DNA of 64,000 bases, the filler included, from Ionaspis alba (taxonomy: Eukaryota): NCBI GenBank assembly GCA_964255285.1. It is 16 parts of 16 records of this genome, joined end to end, with 100 filler letters (N's around TTAATTAATTAA, not from the genome) between each part and the next. Parts side by side here need not be neighbours in the genome. Positions count along the whole stretch, not along the records: positions 49,417 to 53,375 come from CAXUUL010001153.1; positions 53,476 to 57,421 come from CAXUUL010001154.1; positions 57,522 to 61,457 come from CAXUUL010001155.1; positions 61,558 to 64,000 come from CAXUUL010001272.1; 12 more parts are not named here. One strand, written 5' to 3'. The position numbers were made by a program, and so were the translations under genes. A model generated the notes under the pieces. That model made no database searches and was not told the origin of the DNA. It was given only the letters and a program-made list of their open reading frames with translations. Of this stretch, positions 49,417 to 63,534 are shown in pieces; the first letter of the stretch is position 1, and every line of letters begins with the position of its first letter.

Positions 49417-49570
49417 ACTACGGCCAATACCGTGGAAATGACCGCTACACAGTCTCACGCTCATATATTTACTCGCTAATCGAACCTACAGCTGCTGGGA
49501 CTAATACAACTGTGGCAACGGTCACCGTGACTGTCACGGCCGAAGAGACTGCCGGCCCCACCGCTGTCTA
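49417..49570 (+). CDS. C-terminal fragment of an unknown, possibly secreted Thr-rich protein
   Basis: Open from the contig start: YGQYRGNDRYTVSRSYIYSLIEPTAAGTNTTVATVTVTVTAEETAGPTAV*. Confidence 0.4.
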
Positions 49571-50124
49571 AATATGGAAGCAAGAATGAGACCAATAGAA
49601 GCTTTCCTTGGAAGACAGCGTTTCTTTCATCATTACTGATCATGCAACTCTGCTAGGATTGCTGCGAAATATACAAATACGTTGAAAGGGTGTACCCGTG
49701 TCAATCCTACCGCTTGTCAAGGGCGTTGCATCTATATCTAGCTTCTCCCAAAATTGTGAAAATCTTCCTAAAATTGGGTACGAAAAGGGCATGAATCTTG
49801 CGATTGCATGATAGTGATGGGAAATTAGATAGTATTTACTCATCAACCGAGATTTTCAATTTTCAAAATGATCCCTATATCATTTTCGAAGACTCTCGCC
49901 AGTATTCCTTTTAGCTGTTGCCAGGATAATATAAATTCCACCAATAGCCTCGAGTGCCCGGGTCCTCTCCGGACAGTTCAACCACGGAAAAGCTCCCCCA
50001 CTAACCGCCGAGTTTATCACCTTGCGCTCCCGTCTCATCCACCTCAACAACCAGCGATGTCGGATGCCGACTTCGCAATCTCACCAATGCAGCACCATCT
50101 GAAACCCTTCCCACGACTCAGTCC

Positions 50125-53020
50125 ATGAACGGTTTGCAAAACGCCGCTCTCGGCCTCGCCCAGAGCGGCAACAGTCACAACAACCACACGTCAAGCACCT
50201 CGAGCAACAGTCGCCCCCACCCTGCTAGCCTCCGTAGCCCGATAAGAGCACGCTCGGGCGGCAGCATTAGTCGCAAGCGTACGTCTGATGCCGCAGGTGT
50301 GGAACACTCGCCAGAGAGCGCGGAAGGTTGGGAGGAGAAGGATGAGAGCCGGATTGGGGTCAAGAGGGCTTGTAATGAGTGTCGGCAGCAGAAGGTGAGT
50401 CATTGAGGTCAGACCTTCGGTGGGTGCATGCGCGGGAAACGAGGGTTGTTGCAGACTGGAAGGCTGACGCTCGTTTGTCGTGAGTAGTTGAGGTGCGACG
50501 TTGTGCAAGAACCTTTCAGGATATGCTCAAGATGTCGGAGGTGCAATCTGGAATGCAGGATTGATTCGACGTTCAAGAGGATAGGGAAGAGGAAGAAGAA
50601 TGCGGAGATGGAAAGGGAGATCGTGGAGTTGAGGAATCAACTGGCTAGTCAACAATCTTCGCCCACGGTGCAGCACGGCCTCTCGTCGCCATTCAGGATG
50701 AATGGGTTGACGCCCAACGCGACTGTCCCTCAGTTCCCGTCATCGTTAGATCTCTATATGGGCTCACAGGATGCTGTAGCTTCACTACTTGATCTCAAGT
50801 CCGGATCGGAAGGGAGATCGTTCATGAGGAGTCCCAATGGACAAGCAAGACCTTCGCGGTGTCTCGAGGATGTCATATTGACGGATGATCGAATTCAGGA
50901 GCTATTCAACTTGTAATGCTCTCAGCAACAAGCAAGGCTGATACCCAAGGCTGACGTAGAGATCTAGTTTCTTCACGTACTATCATCCTTTTCTACCAAT
51001 TCTCGAGCCTCACAAGCCTCCAGAGAGCTACTACGAGGCCTCACCGCTCCTATTCTGGACCATCGTCGCAGTTGCTGCCCGCCGTCACCCATACACTCCG
51101 ATCCGAACCTTGTCTGGGCCGGTCTCACGCCTCCTGTGGGCTACTATAGCAGATGTACCCCAGAGCTATCATGTCGTCAAAGCTTTATGTCTGTTATGTA
51201 CTTGGCCTCTGCCGATTAGCTCCACCTCGGCTGATCCCACATTGATGATATCCGGTCTGATGATGCAGATTGCTATGCAGATCGGCCTACACCGGCCTTC
51301 TCATGCTCAAGACTTCTCAAAGTTCAAGGTCGAGCTAAGAGAAGAAGAGCTGAGAGATAGGGTGAAGACGTGGGCTGCTTGTAACGTTGTAGCTCAGCGG
51401 TATTGTTTCTCCTTCTTGTTAGAGACGTCAGCGTCTGACTTCGTGATAGAGTTGCTACAGGATACGGCCAGCCTTCGATATGTCTCTACGACTGGACCTT
51501 GGCGCCATATGGGACGAAAGAAGCGAGCTTCAAACTACCAGACGAAATGGAGACTCGACTGCGCATCGAAATGTTCTGCAATAAAGTGACGAAAGTTTTG
51601 TACAGCAACCAACTAGATCCTGTCGGTTTGGCGGATGATCAAGAGAAGCCAGCTCTTAGCTTGCTTCTCGCACAAGAGCTACAGAGTCTTCAGGAGGATC
51701 TCAAGCCTAATCTATCTTGTATGCCATTTTCGAATAACTTAGTTTCATATGACTTTCTTGATTTTTTCAACGACACTGAATACTTGTTTGAGCGCCATGA
51801 GTCATGCGATCAGCAAAATCCTCAACCCTCAAATGCCGCTTCCACTCCCCTCTCTTCTGCTCTTCCAGAGACTGATCTCAAATTTACCACAGTAATCAAT
51901 ACCCTATACCTCCATGCCTCTTCCTTACACCTCCGCCTCNNNNNNNNNNNNNNNNNNNNNNNNNNNNNNNNNNNNNNNNNNNNNNNNNNNNNNNNNNNNN
52001 NNNNNNNNNNNNNNNNNNNNNNNNNNNNNNNNNNNNNNNTACCACAGTAATCAATACCCTATACCTCCATGCCTCTTCCTTACACCTCCGCCTCGCCGTT
52101 TTCTTCGATTCCCCCCTTACCAAATCCTACCAAGAAAGCCTCCTCTCCCTCTGGAAAGCTACAACAGCCTTTCTTGAAGCAGCCTTTACCTTCAGTACCC
52201 CCGCAGCTGGGCCAATAATACCATACGCCACTAATTATGTACTTCAAATGATCATTGCAGGAGCCTTCACGCTCTTGAAACTGCTCAATAGCTTCTTCGC
52301 CGCCCTCATCGATCTAGACTACGGCAAGAATCTGTTCACGCGCACAATAGGTACCATCAGGACTATCAGTGTGACCAATCAGGATTTGCCTTACAGGCTC
52401 GCGGAGGTGCTGGCACAATTATGGAGAGGAGGTGGAGCTGGCTCCAAGACGGAAACTTTGGGCGTGGATAGTTCATTACAGCTCAAGGTGCGATGTCGCA
52501 TGTCAATGAGCTTGGTGTATGATTCTGTTTGGCGCTGGAGAGAAGAGTTCCAAGCCAAAGGACGTGGAAACCTCGAGTGTAAGTCTCCGTCAACGACATC
52601 TTTCGAAATCTTTCCATCTGTCATTCTCACTTTCATCCCATCTCCCTTCTCTTGTAGTTCTCCTTCTCCCTTGCTTGCCTCTACTGTAATTTCTTTCTAG
52701 CCCGCCCTCATTCCTCGTTCCCTTGGTTTAACCCGGCCTGACTCCTCCCTGTTCGAGCAGCCGCCCTCAAGAATCCAACGAATCCCGACTCTGCAGCCGA
52801 AAGCTCTGCTTCCTCCGTGATCGACCAGTCCACTGCAATCACAACTTCCGCGGCGCCATCAACGCTCCTTGCGCCGCCATCGTCGACATACGGAGGTGGA
52901 GCTGTGACGCCGGGTCCAGATAACACTTTTGGCGAGTCGAATTACGAGGTATTTGATCCGTTGAACTGGATGTTAGACGGATTGCTAGATTGGCCGGCTG
53001 TAGAAGGGGGTGTTGCTTGA
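50125..53020 (+). CDS. LEU3: Zn(II)2Cys6 transcription factor, Leu3/LeuB-like, multi-exon
   Basis: ACNECRQQK|LRCD...CSRCRRCNLEC, a fungal TF middle region (LLCTWPLP, QIGLHRP), LKVRCRMSMSLVYDSVWRW and an acidic tail FDPLNWMLD. Confidence 0.8.
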
Positions 53021-53475
53021 TCTTGGTACACTTTTTTGTGGGAGGAAGTGGTTGGGAGGTAGATATACCCTTGACTCTGTTCTGGAGTTACTAGATAGGA
53101 TTGTGGATGGACAGCTTGACGATTGTGATGGTTTCTGAAAACGGCATAGAAATGGTGAGGTCTCGGTTTTTTGAATGCTTCTAGCAGTCGTGACGATCGT
53201 GAGCATGTTAATGGTATCCTTTTTGGTCTAATGCAGCTCTCAGATTGCAATAAGAGTCCCAGGCTCGATGAATTTGCCAATGATGTTATTAGCAATGTTT
53301 GCAAAAAGTGTCTCGGGTGGAGAAGATCTATAATCACGTGCATGTTTCTCAACACTCCCGTTCTCGTCAAATTTCNNNNNNNNNNNNNNNNNNNNNNNNN
53401 NNNNNNNNNNNNNNNNNNNTTAATTAATTAANNNNNNNNNNNNNNNNNNNNNNNNNNNNNNNNNNNNNNNNNNNN

Positions 53476-56400
53476 TCCCCACTCTCCCCACACAACTTCT
53501 TCCACTCCTCCAACACCCTCGTCTCCACCGCACTCCCCTTTTCCTTCCCCCCATCCTCAACAGCAACCGCATACCAAACCACCTTCTCCATCCTCTGCCT
53601 CAGCCGAACCTCATACGCAATATCCGGCGCCTGATACACAACCCTATACCACATCGCCGACCTCGGCAAAATCCTAACCGCACACCCCACCCTCCTCTCC
53701 ATCCCCTCCACACCCGCAAAAGCGCGCAGCAGAGGCAACGTCGTCCTCAAAAGCGCCGTCACATACTCAAACCCGCCCTTTCCATTCATTTCCGTCTCAA
53801 GGAAATCCTTAACCCGAAGATGCGGATTCCCCTGCTCGAACGAAATCTTCATCGGTTCATCGCTCGCAAAATCAATCATCGCTTTCAGCGGGCCGGAGAC
53901 GGGATCCTCGGCGTAGGTGAAGACGAGACTGGTTAGCGAGACCTTCTCGCACTGGAGGTCGTGGCGTCGGATGGTATCGAGGAATTTGATGAGGCGCTCG
54001 ATGCGGTGGAAGCGGTCTAGGATCGAAGGGATGCAGGACTGGCCGACGGTGGTGTGGAGACGGAAAGCGAAGACACCGCTGGTGGGGTGGAAGGCGAGGG
54101 AGCGGTCCATGGTGCTTGTTAGCAGTGCGATATTCGGGATGGGAGTGACGAGGCGGGCGCGGACGAGATTGACGACGGAGATGCGAGAGCGGGAAAGACC
54201 CATGAATTTGACGCGCACGAGGCCGTGGCACCAGGGGATTTTGAAGGATTTCGGGGTTAGCAGGCTGCGGGGGAGTTCGTTGTCGGGGTAGCGGATGAGG
54301 AGGTCGGGGATTTGGAGTCTGAGGTGGGACACGGGGGATGGTCTTTGTTGCTGGTAAGGGAGTTGGAGGGTGGTGAGTTCGCGCAGGTCGATGTATTGAG
54401 AGGACATGGCTGCGGCTGTTGTTTCGACTTTGGAGAGGAGGGCGTAGGTTGGGTCGATGATGTGCGGGTCTGTGCCACTGGTGGATATTTTGAAGGCGTT
54501 TCGGAAGGTGAGGTCGACGCCTAAGACGGCATCCACGGGGTTCAGGTGTTTCTTGGTGTCTTGGAGCTCGACTAGCCACCAGGCATCGCCTGCCATGCCT
54601 GTTGATACGGCTATCACCCATAGCTTGTCCCAAGATATTGGATGGAAGAATGAAAGTCGCATGACATCGTTTCCGAAGAGGCGCTTGACGGTTTCCTGCT
54701 TCGGACTTAGAGAGTGGTTCTTCTGCCAGCCGAACAACCTTGTACGAGCTTCGATTTGCTCCATTGCAGCGATGGATCTTAGGTTGGCAATTCGGGAGGC
54801 TGCTTCTGTTGCAGGATCTCGAAGAATGTTGAGGTCTCTCTCAATCCGGAGGTGCAAATTCGAAGGCGGGATCAACGCGAATGCTCCTGTCACGGGTTCC
54901 TGAACAATCGTGACCGTGGTCGAATCCGTTACCTGCACCTTGAGCGAACAATTCGAAGGCTCGGATGCTGATGCCCTGTGCTTGACCGTCAACCGCTTTG
55001 TAGAGTATATCCGGGCTTCCCGTAGTTTCCGCTTTGTCTCCTTGAAGATATAGTTTGTGTGTAATAGGATTACATCGTTCAATATTCCCTCCATGGACAA
55101 GTCTTTGAGGTCCATCTGCACGTCATGATCCAGGACTTCTTTCCCATGACGGTGCCACCGAAGTGCAATATATGGAGTTCCTGGCTTGCTGAAAGGTGAC
55201 TGCGGCTCCTTTCGTTTCCCACTCCTTACTCCAATCTCCACCCAGTTCTTCCCGCCAGGTCGATTCGGCCAATACTGGACGACCAAGGATCGATGTACAG
55301 GCTCTATCCCGATATTCTCTGACCAACGATTTCGAAGCATATCAATAGCCTGGTTGCGTAAAATACTAATTTTGTGAGTAAGTACGAAATCATGTAGGAA
55401 TGCGTAACAGCCAGCCAATCCCTCTCGTCGTAGTACGTCGTTAGTCTTGCCTTCGATCTCGTTTCTCAACGGGCCCTCTGGCAGTTCCGTGGGACATGGA
55501 GAGAATGTGAACCGAAAATCGATGAAGTAGAGCTGTGACGCAGGATCTTCGTCTGCAATGGATAGATCAAGCTCGAACTCGTCCTCCACCTTGAATGTCG
55601 CCCTTCCGTCAGCTATTGAGAAGTCTTTAAAGTACGGTGGAATCGTCTCATGCAGGTTCAGTCGTATCGTCAGTAGTGTATTGATCGTCCGAAGGGCCTT
55701 GAGTATTTGTTGCGGCGATAATGGTTCCGGGGGTATGTAGCCAAGCTGTGTTCTTCGCATCAGCATCTCAACGTTCAACATCATCTTATCAAAGATATAC
55801 GCACATTTGGAAGCCAATCTGCCTTGCCAGTCGAGAGAGCGCTCAGCGCAGTCTTCAAGTCTGGACTTGGCAATTTCATTGGCTCAACTATGGCCTTGAG
55901 CCTCCCTATCCAATTCGTAGCATCATTATAATTCGCCTTCTGTACGTTCATCCAGTAGTTCAAGTCGATGACCTTCCCCACAGCCTCTGCCTGTCGAGCC
56001 CATTGCGAGAGGACCAAGATCTTGATGAATTTTGCGCGACGATCCTGGGCGAAATCCCACATGCGGGTCTTCTTTTGGATGTTGACTTGGGCAGATTGAG
56101 CGGAGGTGACTCCGTTGGGATAGCCAGAGTTCTTGGATTGGTTTGGCTGCATATCTGCCATGTCTGTGATAACTTCCGTGAGGCCATTGAATGTATCTTG
56201 AGCGAGGCGGGTGATGAGTCGAGAAAGAGGCAGGTAACCCTCGGTGATATGCATGATCTCAGGAGGCAGCTGGCTGGAGATGTTCTGAACAATAGCTGCA
56301 AGATTCTCCGGTGAGACGACCGGATCTGCGACTACTCCGTTCGCATAGACCCCGTTGACCGTGGGGAGAACTCCGTTGGCCTGCGCCCCGCCATTGACCA

Positions 56401-56521
56401 TCTCGTCCGCCTTGCGCTTCTTTGCCCCTTCGCCGTTCATGATGTTGAAATTCCCATCGATCGCTGGTCTACTCAAACGCGATCCGTTGTGATCGTCGAG
56501 CCGTTTCAACACTCCGGGCAT
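53476..56521 (-). CDS. MED14: Mediator subunit 14 (3' truncated)
   Basis: LPPEIMHITEGYLPLSRLITRLAQ, RAKFIKILVLSQW, PSPDLKTALSALSTG and FSIADGRATFKVEDEFELDLS. Intron at about 55748-55803. Confidence 0.95.
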
Positions 56522-58561
56522 GGCCTCCGTTGCAGAATTCCTCGCGACTTCTTCCGCCTCCGACTTCACACCATTCACCTGCCGCCTCTGCTCCCCTACC
56601 GGTTCCTCCCCCAGGAGTCGTGTCGAATCTATCTTGTCCGGCTAGAAGACATGCGAGAGAATTTCTCTGGAGGAGGGGAGCGCCGCGGGATGGCCTTCGG
56701 GCAGGAGCGCAACGATAGCAGCGATCCGGGAGATTGGAAGGGAGAAGACGTAGAATGTGATGGTAATCTGTGAGCGCAGAAGTTCCTGCGATACAAGCCG
56801 CGGATTGTTTCACCTCTCGTGTTATGTCTCGCTCGTGTGAGGAGGATGTGACGTGAGAGGATCAGGGTAAGCGATGAATCCGGTCAGGCGCTGCTGAGCA
56901 AGATGAAGATAGGTCGCGGCGGTCAATAGAGAATGAGGATCAGGAATCGCGAAGGGTGAGGGTACTGGATAATGCGTGAAGAGGGTTGAGGCACGTAGGT
57001 AGGCCGGGCGATGTGGGCACTTATCTGCCTGCAAGAACGAGGTGAAGGTGTTGTGGATTGATTTGGAGGAGGGCGTGGAGGGCTACTGGGCGACGGGCGG
57101 GAACAAAATCCCTTCCCCTAGCGCGATGGAGAATAAAGCGCCGACGGAGAGAACACGCACAGAGAAGAAGACCAGAACACTGTCCCATATAGCATGTCCC
57201 GTACCATGGATATTTCAATCGATTCTAGTTCTGGAGTACTTGATCGCTGGTTTGTTATCCCCACATATTCTGTGATCAAAAGGCACTTTCCAATGCCTAT
57301 CTGCACATATACGCCGTACATCTAATTAGAGGTGATCGGCTGCTGCAGAAATGGACGAACAACCTGCAGAATATCCAACGGTCTTGCCTCTCCACTACGC
57401 ATACGCACGGTACATGCTCAANNNNNNNNNNNNNNNNNNNNNNNNNNNNNNNNNNNNNNNNNNNNTTAATTAATTAANNNNNNNNNNNNNNNNNNNNNNN
57501 NNNNNNNNNNNNNNNNNNNNNCGGAGAGTAACATCACAATTAGGCTCTAATTTGCGTGAGGGGAAGATGAGTCAAACTCAGCGAGCGGGGTAATCGGGGT
57601 TTTTCTATTCCACACCCAGTCTAAATTTATTATCATACAACGCCTTCCACCTTCCAGTTGCCAATTTTGATTCATAATAAATGTTAAAGTAATGGGACGA
57701 TCTAGACAACTACTGATGGTATTGTTAGCGGAATCTATCGTACACGAGATGGTGGAAGGGTTGAGGTGAAAGATACTCGAGCATCTTCCACGTATAGACG
57801 AACCCTTGAAGCTAGGCCCAACTGGGCCTCCTACGGCTCACCCACACCCAGCACTAGAACCTTTGAGCTAGTATCATAGTACCTTGTTCCAACAACAACA
57901 GCTTTTTAACTGACTCGTTCGAGATTTTTCTGATATTCTTATTGTCGCTGTTGTGACGGTCGTCCCATAGGACGTTGCACACAAGGTTGGATCGGGACTA
58001 GCGTGTCTTGGCAACGGTGATGATTTCTGTGCAATTGTTGTTTCTATCTCCTGTTTCTTTCCTTGTCTTTTTCTAGTTTCAAATAGCTCACTCAATGTTA
58101 CGATTCTAGGCCTTCACAAGCAGTGACTTAGCTAGCTGTAACACCTCTGGGGGAGGTGGCTATTGTACGGTCACTCAGAGTCTGATACTACTGAGGTCTT
58201 TCAGATTGATATTAATATTTAGTTTTGTTATGATTTTGTATCCAAGCATTTTATTTCTGTCTGTGGCGTCTACCACTACTAACGAGTGTTATTACTTTCG
58301 GTGTATTCCTCCGTACTACCCGTCTCGAGTTAAATTAGCACTGTCCTAGCAGCTCTCCTTGGCAAAGGGCTCTGTGTTAGCGCTCACCGCTTCCGGCTAG
58401 TTCCCGCAGCCCTAGGTAACCCTGCTCACCTTTGGTTAGCCGAAAATAACGACGAGACCGTGGCATCTTTGCGTAGCTCCAACACCTGAACACATAAGAG
58501 AGTTCCTCTCATCTTCCTCCCTCTTCACACAGTGATCTACTTCACTCCACTATTCTCCACT

Positions 58562-59844
58562 ATGTCTGTCCCCCCACCAGTGCCCGGGCAACAGCCTACT
58601 CCGCAACAAATCGCTGCAATGCAACAACAAATGGCTGTCGAAGCGCAAAAGCGCGGTATGACCCCGCAACAATTTCAAGCTGCTCAGCGTGCCGAGCTCG
58701 AAGCCAATGCCAAAAAGGCAGGGCTCACATTTGAGCAATATATCACCAAGCTCAAACAAGAAGCTTTCGAGAGCCACCAGAGGCAGCAGCAGCTTGCTCA
58801 GCAACAAGCCGCATCCGGGCAGCAGCCACAAGGACAGACACAGACGCAAGGTGGGCAACAGGTGCCCATTAACCCCGGGGCACCAGATCCGCGAGCGGTG
58901 GCGCTGGCGAAGTGGCTTCGGGGACAGGATCTGAAGACCAGGACGTGCCTTCTCAATGGCCAACGAAAGGACATGTTCAGAGGTACAACTCCACCTTCTC
59001 CACGACCTCGTTAGAAACGCTCGCTGACCCTGGCAACTAGTAAAACGTGCTCTCCGTGCTATCGAATCCCCCGCCTACAAGACCGCTTCCACCAAAAAGA
59101 ACTCCCCCCTTCCCGCCGTCACGTCTGACTTTCCTGCCACCGAGGTCTTCAAATTACTCCCTCTCTCCCTGCTCGCACTTCGCGTCACCAAGTCCGATCC
59201 TCACGAAGGGCACAACCATGCTCCTCCACCGAAGTCAGCGAAACGCACCAAAGGGCTCTGGACTGTGCGCATCGAGCAGCAGCAGGATGTGGCACCCGAT
59301 TTACATTATGTCTTCTTGTACGAAGGGCCGCAGTGGAAGCAGAAACTTTATGCTGGGGCCGCACTGGCGTTAATTATGACCGTGATCATGTTCCCACTGT
59401 GGCCTGTCAAACTTCGGATTGGGGTTTGGTATTTGAGTATGGGAATGCTTGGGCTATTAGGGTTGTTTTTCGCAATGGCAATTTTCAGATTAATACTCTT
59501 TGTCGCGACAGTATTTACGATTCCACCCGGCTTGTGGCTATATCCGAATTTGTTCGAGGACGTGGGATTTTTCGATAGTTTCAGACCAGTTTGGGGGTGG
59601 CAAGAGGTGAGTTGGCTGGCCTTTGAGTCCTGCAGTCGCGCTGGGTGCTAATTGAGTTGTCCAGGACAAGAAAAAGAAAGGGAAGCCGGCGAAGAAACTG
59701 GGGAAAGCTAGCAAGTCTGTGGAGACGGCCGATGGGAATACACCTTCCGCTCCTATCACTACGCCAGCGCCTTCTTCTACAGGCAATGAGGTGAGGGAAC
59801 GGCGGAATCTTACGCCTAGGGTAGAGGAAGTAGATGAGGACTAA
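58562..59844 (+). CDS. SEC62: translocation protein Sec62, 3 exons
   Basis: LKTRTCLLNGQRKDMFR|VKRALRAIES, two TM segments (MFPLWP..RIGVWYLS; AIFRLILF) and GLWLYPNLFEDVGFFDSFRP. Confidence 0.95.
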
Positions 59845-60460
59845 ACAGTAGACACTGCCAGCATGAGCGATTTGGCTTGTTTTGGATCCGCGGAGCCGCA
59901 AAAGCGAAGGGAACGAGTACTTGGTATGACGGGGACTGCCCCGGACCCTGCAAGAACACTCGAGTCTTGGCTTGATGTTGTCTAGCATGTATTGCTTGTC
60001 CATTGCAAAATTGAATAAGGTACCTCTCATTGACGCCCAGCACATCATTCTCAATATCCATAACCATAAAGAGGTAGCATGCCTTATATTCTGCTTTAGC
60101 GATGTCCACACAATTTCTACAAGCCATGCACATATGCTCTCAAATGTTACCCTTTACGTTCTATTCGGCTTTCACGATTGCCATAATGTATTCTATTCAG
60201 GTTTAGGGAAGAGACCTGATTCGAGGACTCCTGTGAATTCATTGTGACATTTCTTAGACGAATGTTATTCTTTGGCAACCAAATATATCCGTCGTATTCA
60301 TTCCTCTTTTACTGAGGTGCATGGAATAGTAAATTGTGGGTACCCACCACGGTTCCCTGGGGACACAAGCCAAAGCCTTTAGATGAGGTCAGTTGTACAC
60401 AACTCCTAAATGTCCACCTTAGTCCACTGATGAGTCGCAGGTGCCAGAGAAGGAGATGAA

Positions 60461-61457
60461 ATGCTGCGTGAAATTGACTCAAATGATATTGGACTTCCAT
60501 ACAATTTTCGGCACTCGTTGTATACAGGTCGCTGTCTCGACAAGACGGGCTATCCGGGACTGGCGGCTGGTGATTTCTATAAGACCATTCTGCTCTGTGG
60601 TGCTGCTATTGACAACTATACCACTCCCAATTCGCTTGGAGAATCGGGTTTACTCGAACCTGGAATGACGTTATGGGTAGAGTAAATGGGAAGGTCTCTC
60701 GAACTCACTCTTCAAGCATCGTTTGGTGAGTAGCCTGCACACAATCCAGGACTTGACGTAGGAGCATCTTATGTCATGCCTGGAGAACTGCGGGGCGATC
60801 TGGGATGTGCTCAAGATTGCTGAAGACGCTCTGCTCAAGTCCCCAAACAAAGCCACGTTCAGAGGGTTTCGGATCTGTTGAAGCGCTCAGAGCAATTCGT
60901 CTTGGTCAGTCGAAATCGTTCTTTCAACAAGCGGCATCTTCGAGATGCGGAGGTCCTCGCAAGGCCATATCCTTGGATGACGAGTTCTCAACTTCTCCGT
61001 AGTGAGCACGTTCACAGAACTCTCAAAGCCGAACTCGAAGTTCATTGTTCGGTCACGACATTGGGTGTAAGCTCTATCAACTCACCCACAGTACGCAACT
61101 CTACACTCGCAGATGCTCTGAATAGTAACGAGAGTCTGCCTTTTCTTGGGATCTTCGCAACTCGGGACATTCCGGTATTCGTACGGATTTTGTCCGAACG
61201 AGCATGTTTTGCTGCCACTAGCAGGGAGAATCGAACAATATGCTCGAACTGCTGTGAATCAAGCTCTTCCCTCAAGGAATGTGAGTTTTGCAAGACAAGC
61301 TTTTGCTCTGTGGCATGTAAGGACCTTGCTTGGTCACAATATCTCAGGTAACCTGCGGCAAGGACTTTTCATGGGTCTATGCAAACACAGAGAATGATGA
61401 CCTCTTGAAAGGTCTAATGCTACTGCGAGTACTAGCACCTTGTGCTCAGAAAAAGAA
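60461..61457 (+). pseudogene. disrupted TPR-like/MYND (SET-MYND family) gene
   Basis: GYPGLAAGDFYKTILL, YPWM, LGIFATRDI and the zinc finger CSNC..CEFC..FCSVAC..AW..Y..CGKDFSW. In-frame TAA at 60683, with frameshifts near 60870 and 61346. Confidence 0.7.
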
Positions 61458-62291
61458 NNNNNNNNNNNNNNNNNNNNNNNNNNNNNNNNNNNNNNNNNNN
61501 NTTAATTAATTAANNNNNNNNNNNNNNNNNNNNNNNNNNNNNNNNNNNNNNNNNNNNCAGCGATCGGAGAATCCAGGGGCTATCAAGATAGAGATACCGA
61601 GACGTAGTTTCCTTCTACCATGAAGTTTACGTTTGCATAGTAACGGTAATAGTCTCCCCAACTCTTCCATGAGAAGAAGGGTACGTTTTGAATGAAGGGC
61701 ATGACTCTCGAAAAACAGCAACCGTGATTTCTATCAAGAACAATGATGCAAGGACTTACTGGCAGTCAACAGCTCAATAGGGTTTACTGCTGCAGAATTA
61801 TACAGCTTTCTTCAACCAAGCTTCAATATCCAAGCAAGCTATGAATGATCCCATTAACTTGTCAGTACGAGCATCTCAGCACGTCCTTTTCAAGAATCTT
61901 GATGAAACCACGAACTTCGATAAGTAAGCCGTTCAATCTTATAATTCAACAAACCAGCAATGTTATGATGTTTCTATGCAGGATTTCGGCGACTGGCAAG
62001 CCACTTACCGTGCAGCCTAGCACAGGCCGTGTGCGAACGCAACAGTATGTTCAAGATAGATGGCTGTCGATTTCCATGTCATGGTCCAGAATGCGTAGAA
62101 AACATCGGATTCAAGAGCCCAAAATGGGTTAGTTCCATGTCTAATGCGGAGCAGAAGCTCCAGTCTAGCGTCTAGCAATCGCCCATCTACCAACGCCAAA
62201 TCTTCCCACAACCAGCTCTCGACGCAGGACATCACGCGGTCTATAACTATACCTCCATCTCTCTCTCACAACCATCACCCCATCCGACCCC

Positions 62292-63534
62292 TCAAGCCGT
62301 AACCGGCACAGGCTTCAACTCCGAAAAAGCCTCCGGCCACAAAACCATCTTCTCCTCCCTCGGCGTCTTCGCCAAAAGCATCGGTACCGCATTCCTACTA
62401 CTAATTCTCCTCCAGACATTCGCCCTAGGATTACTCTTGATCGGCAGACCCAGACCACCCGTCTTCTCCTCATCCTCGCGCATAATCGCCTTCACCTCTT
62501 TCCGGATATCCGCAAACGTGTCGAACGGGATATACGCAATCTTGTGCTCGATGCAGTATTCTTCGAGACGGAGGCCCCGACGCGCGAAGAGGACGTCGGC
62601 TTGTCGTGCGGCCGGCAGGTCGGAGACGCCGTCACCGATAAAGACGATGAGAGGGATTGTGCCATCGGAGGAGGCGAGGGCGGCGTTACGGCGGTAGTCG
62701 GCTATGGAGCGGGCTTTGTCGTGACCGAGCTCGCTGTCGTGGAGCCAGACAGGGTGCCATTCTGTGCCGGGGGTGTTGATTTGGGCGTCGTTGGCGACGA
62801 TTTCGATGTGGGAGGACTGTGTACGGGGGGATTGTGTTAGCTAGTGGTGACAGAGCCTAGGGGTGATCGTCGCAGTGATGGAAGGGTATTTGGGGAAAGG
62901 AAAGTCGATTATGGCTTACCTCTTCTTCGCCGAGGAATTGGTCAAGGACACGGCGTAAGATGGGTTTCAGACCAGCAGAGATGACATTGAAAGGAATGTC
63001 ATTTTCGAGGCAGAATTTATGGAAGGCTTGGAAATCGACGTCGATGTCAAGAGCAGTTTTCATAACTTCGAATCCGTCGTCGAAAGGGACCTAGGTGATT
63101 TAGATAATGGTCGAGCTGTTCGTACCAGGACGAGCTCTGCCTACGTTCAAACTTCCCCACATCTCCTCCGAGACCTCTTTGAAGGATCTCTCGCCGCTCT
63201 TGATTTGCTCGTCGAGCACCTCTCTCCGTTGGGCCCCACATCCGTGGGCATCGAATAGGACATGACCTGTATCTTGCATGAAGATCGTGCCATCGAAGTC
63301 TGGATCGCTGTCAGAATCTCGAGCCCAGATGGACTGAACCAGCATGTTCGTTCAAGAAGAAGCAGAGGAAGAAAATGAGAGAGTGCACTGGTATGCTTCT
63401 ATCATACCAGAGAAACAAATGATCTTGCGTTTTCCTGGTGAAGCTGCTCCAACAAAGCTTGACTTCGGAACTTTGAGGTCAGATTTAGTATCAGATGAGA
63501 AGTCCAGCTTGGCTGGAATGGCTGAAGGAGTCAT
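62292..63534 (-). CDS. HAD-superfamily phosphatase (MtnX / yeast Pyp1-like), multi-exon
   Basis: KIICFS|DFDGTIFMQDT (DxDGT), VISAG, LGHDK and FIGDGVSDLPAARQADVLFAR. Confidence 0.9.

Noticed and set aside
53872..54903. Arg/Pro-rich and antisense ORFs inside MED14
   Set aside because: They are alternative-frame by-products of the skewed codon usage.
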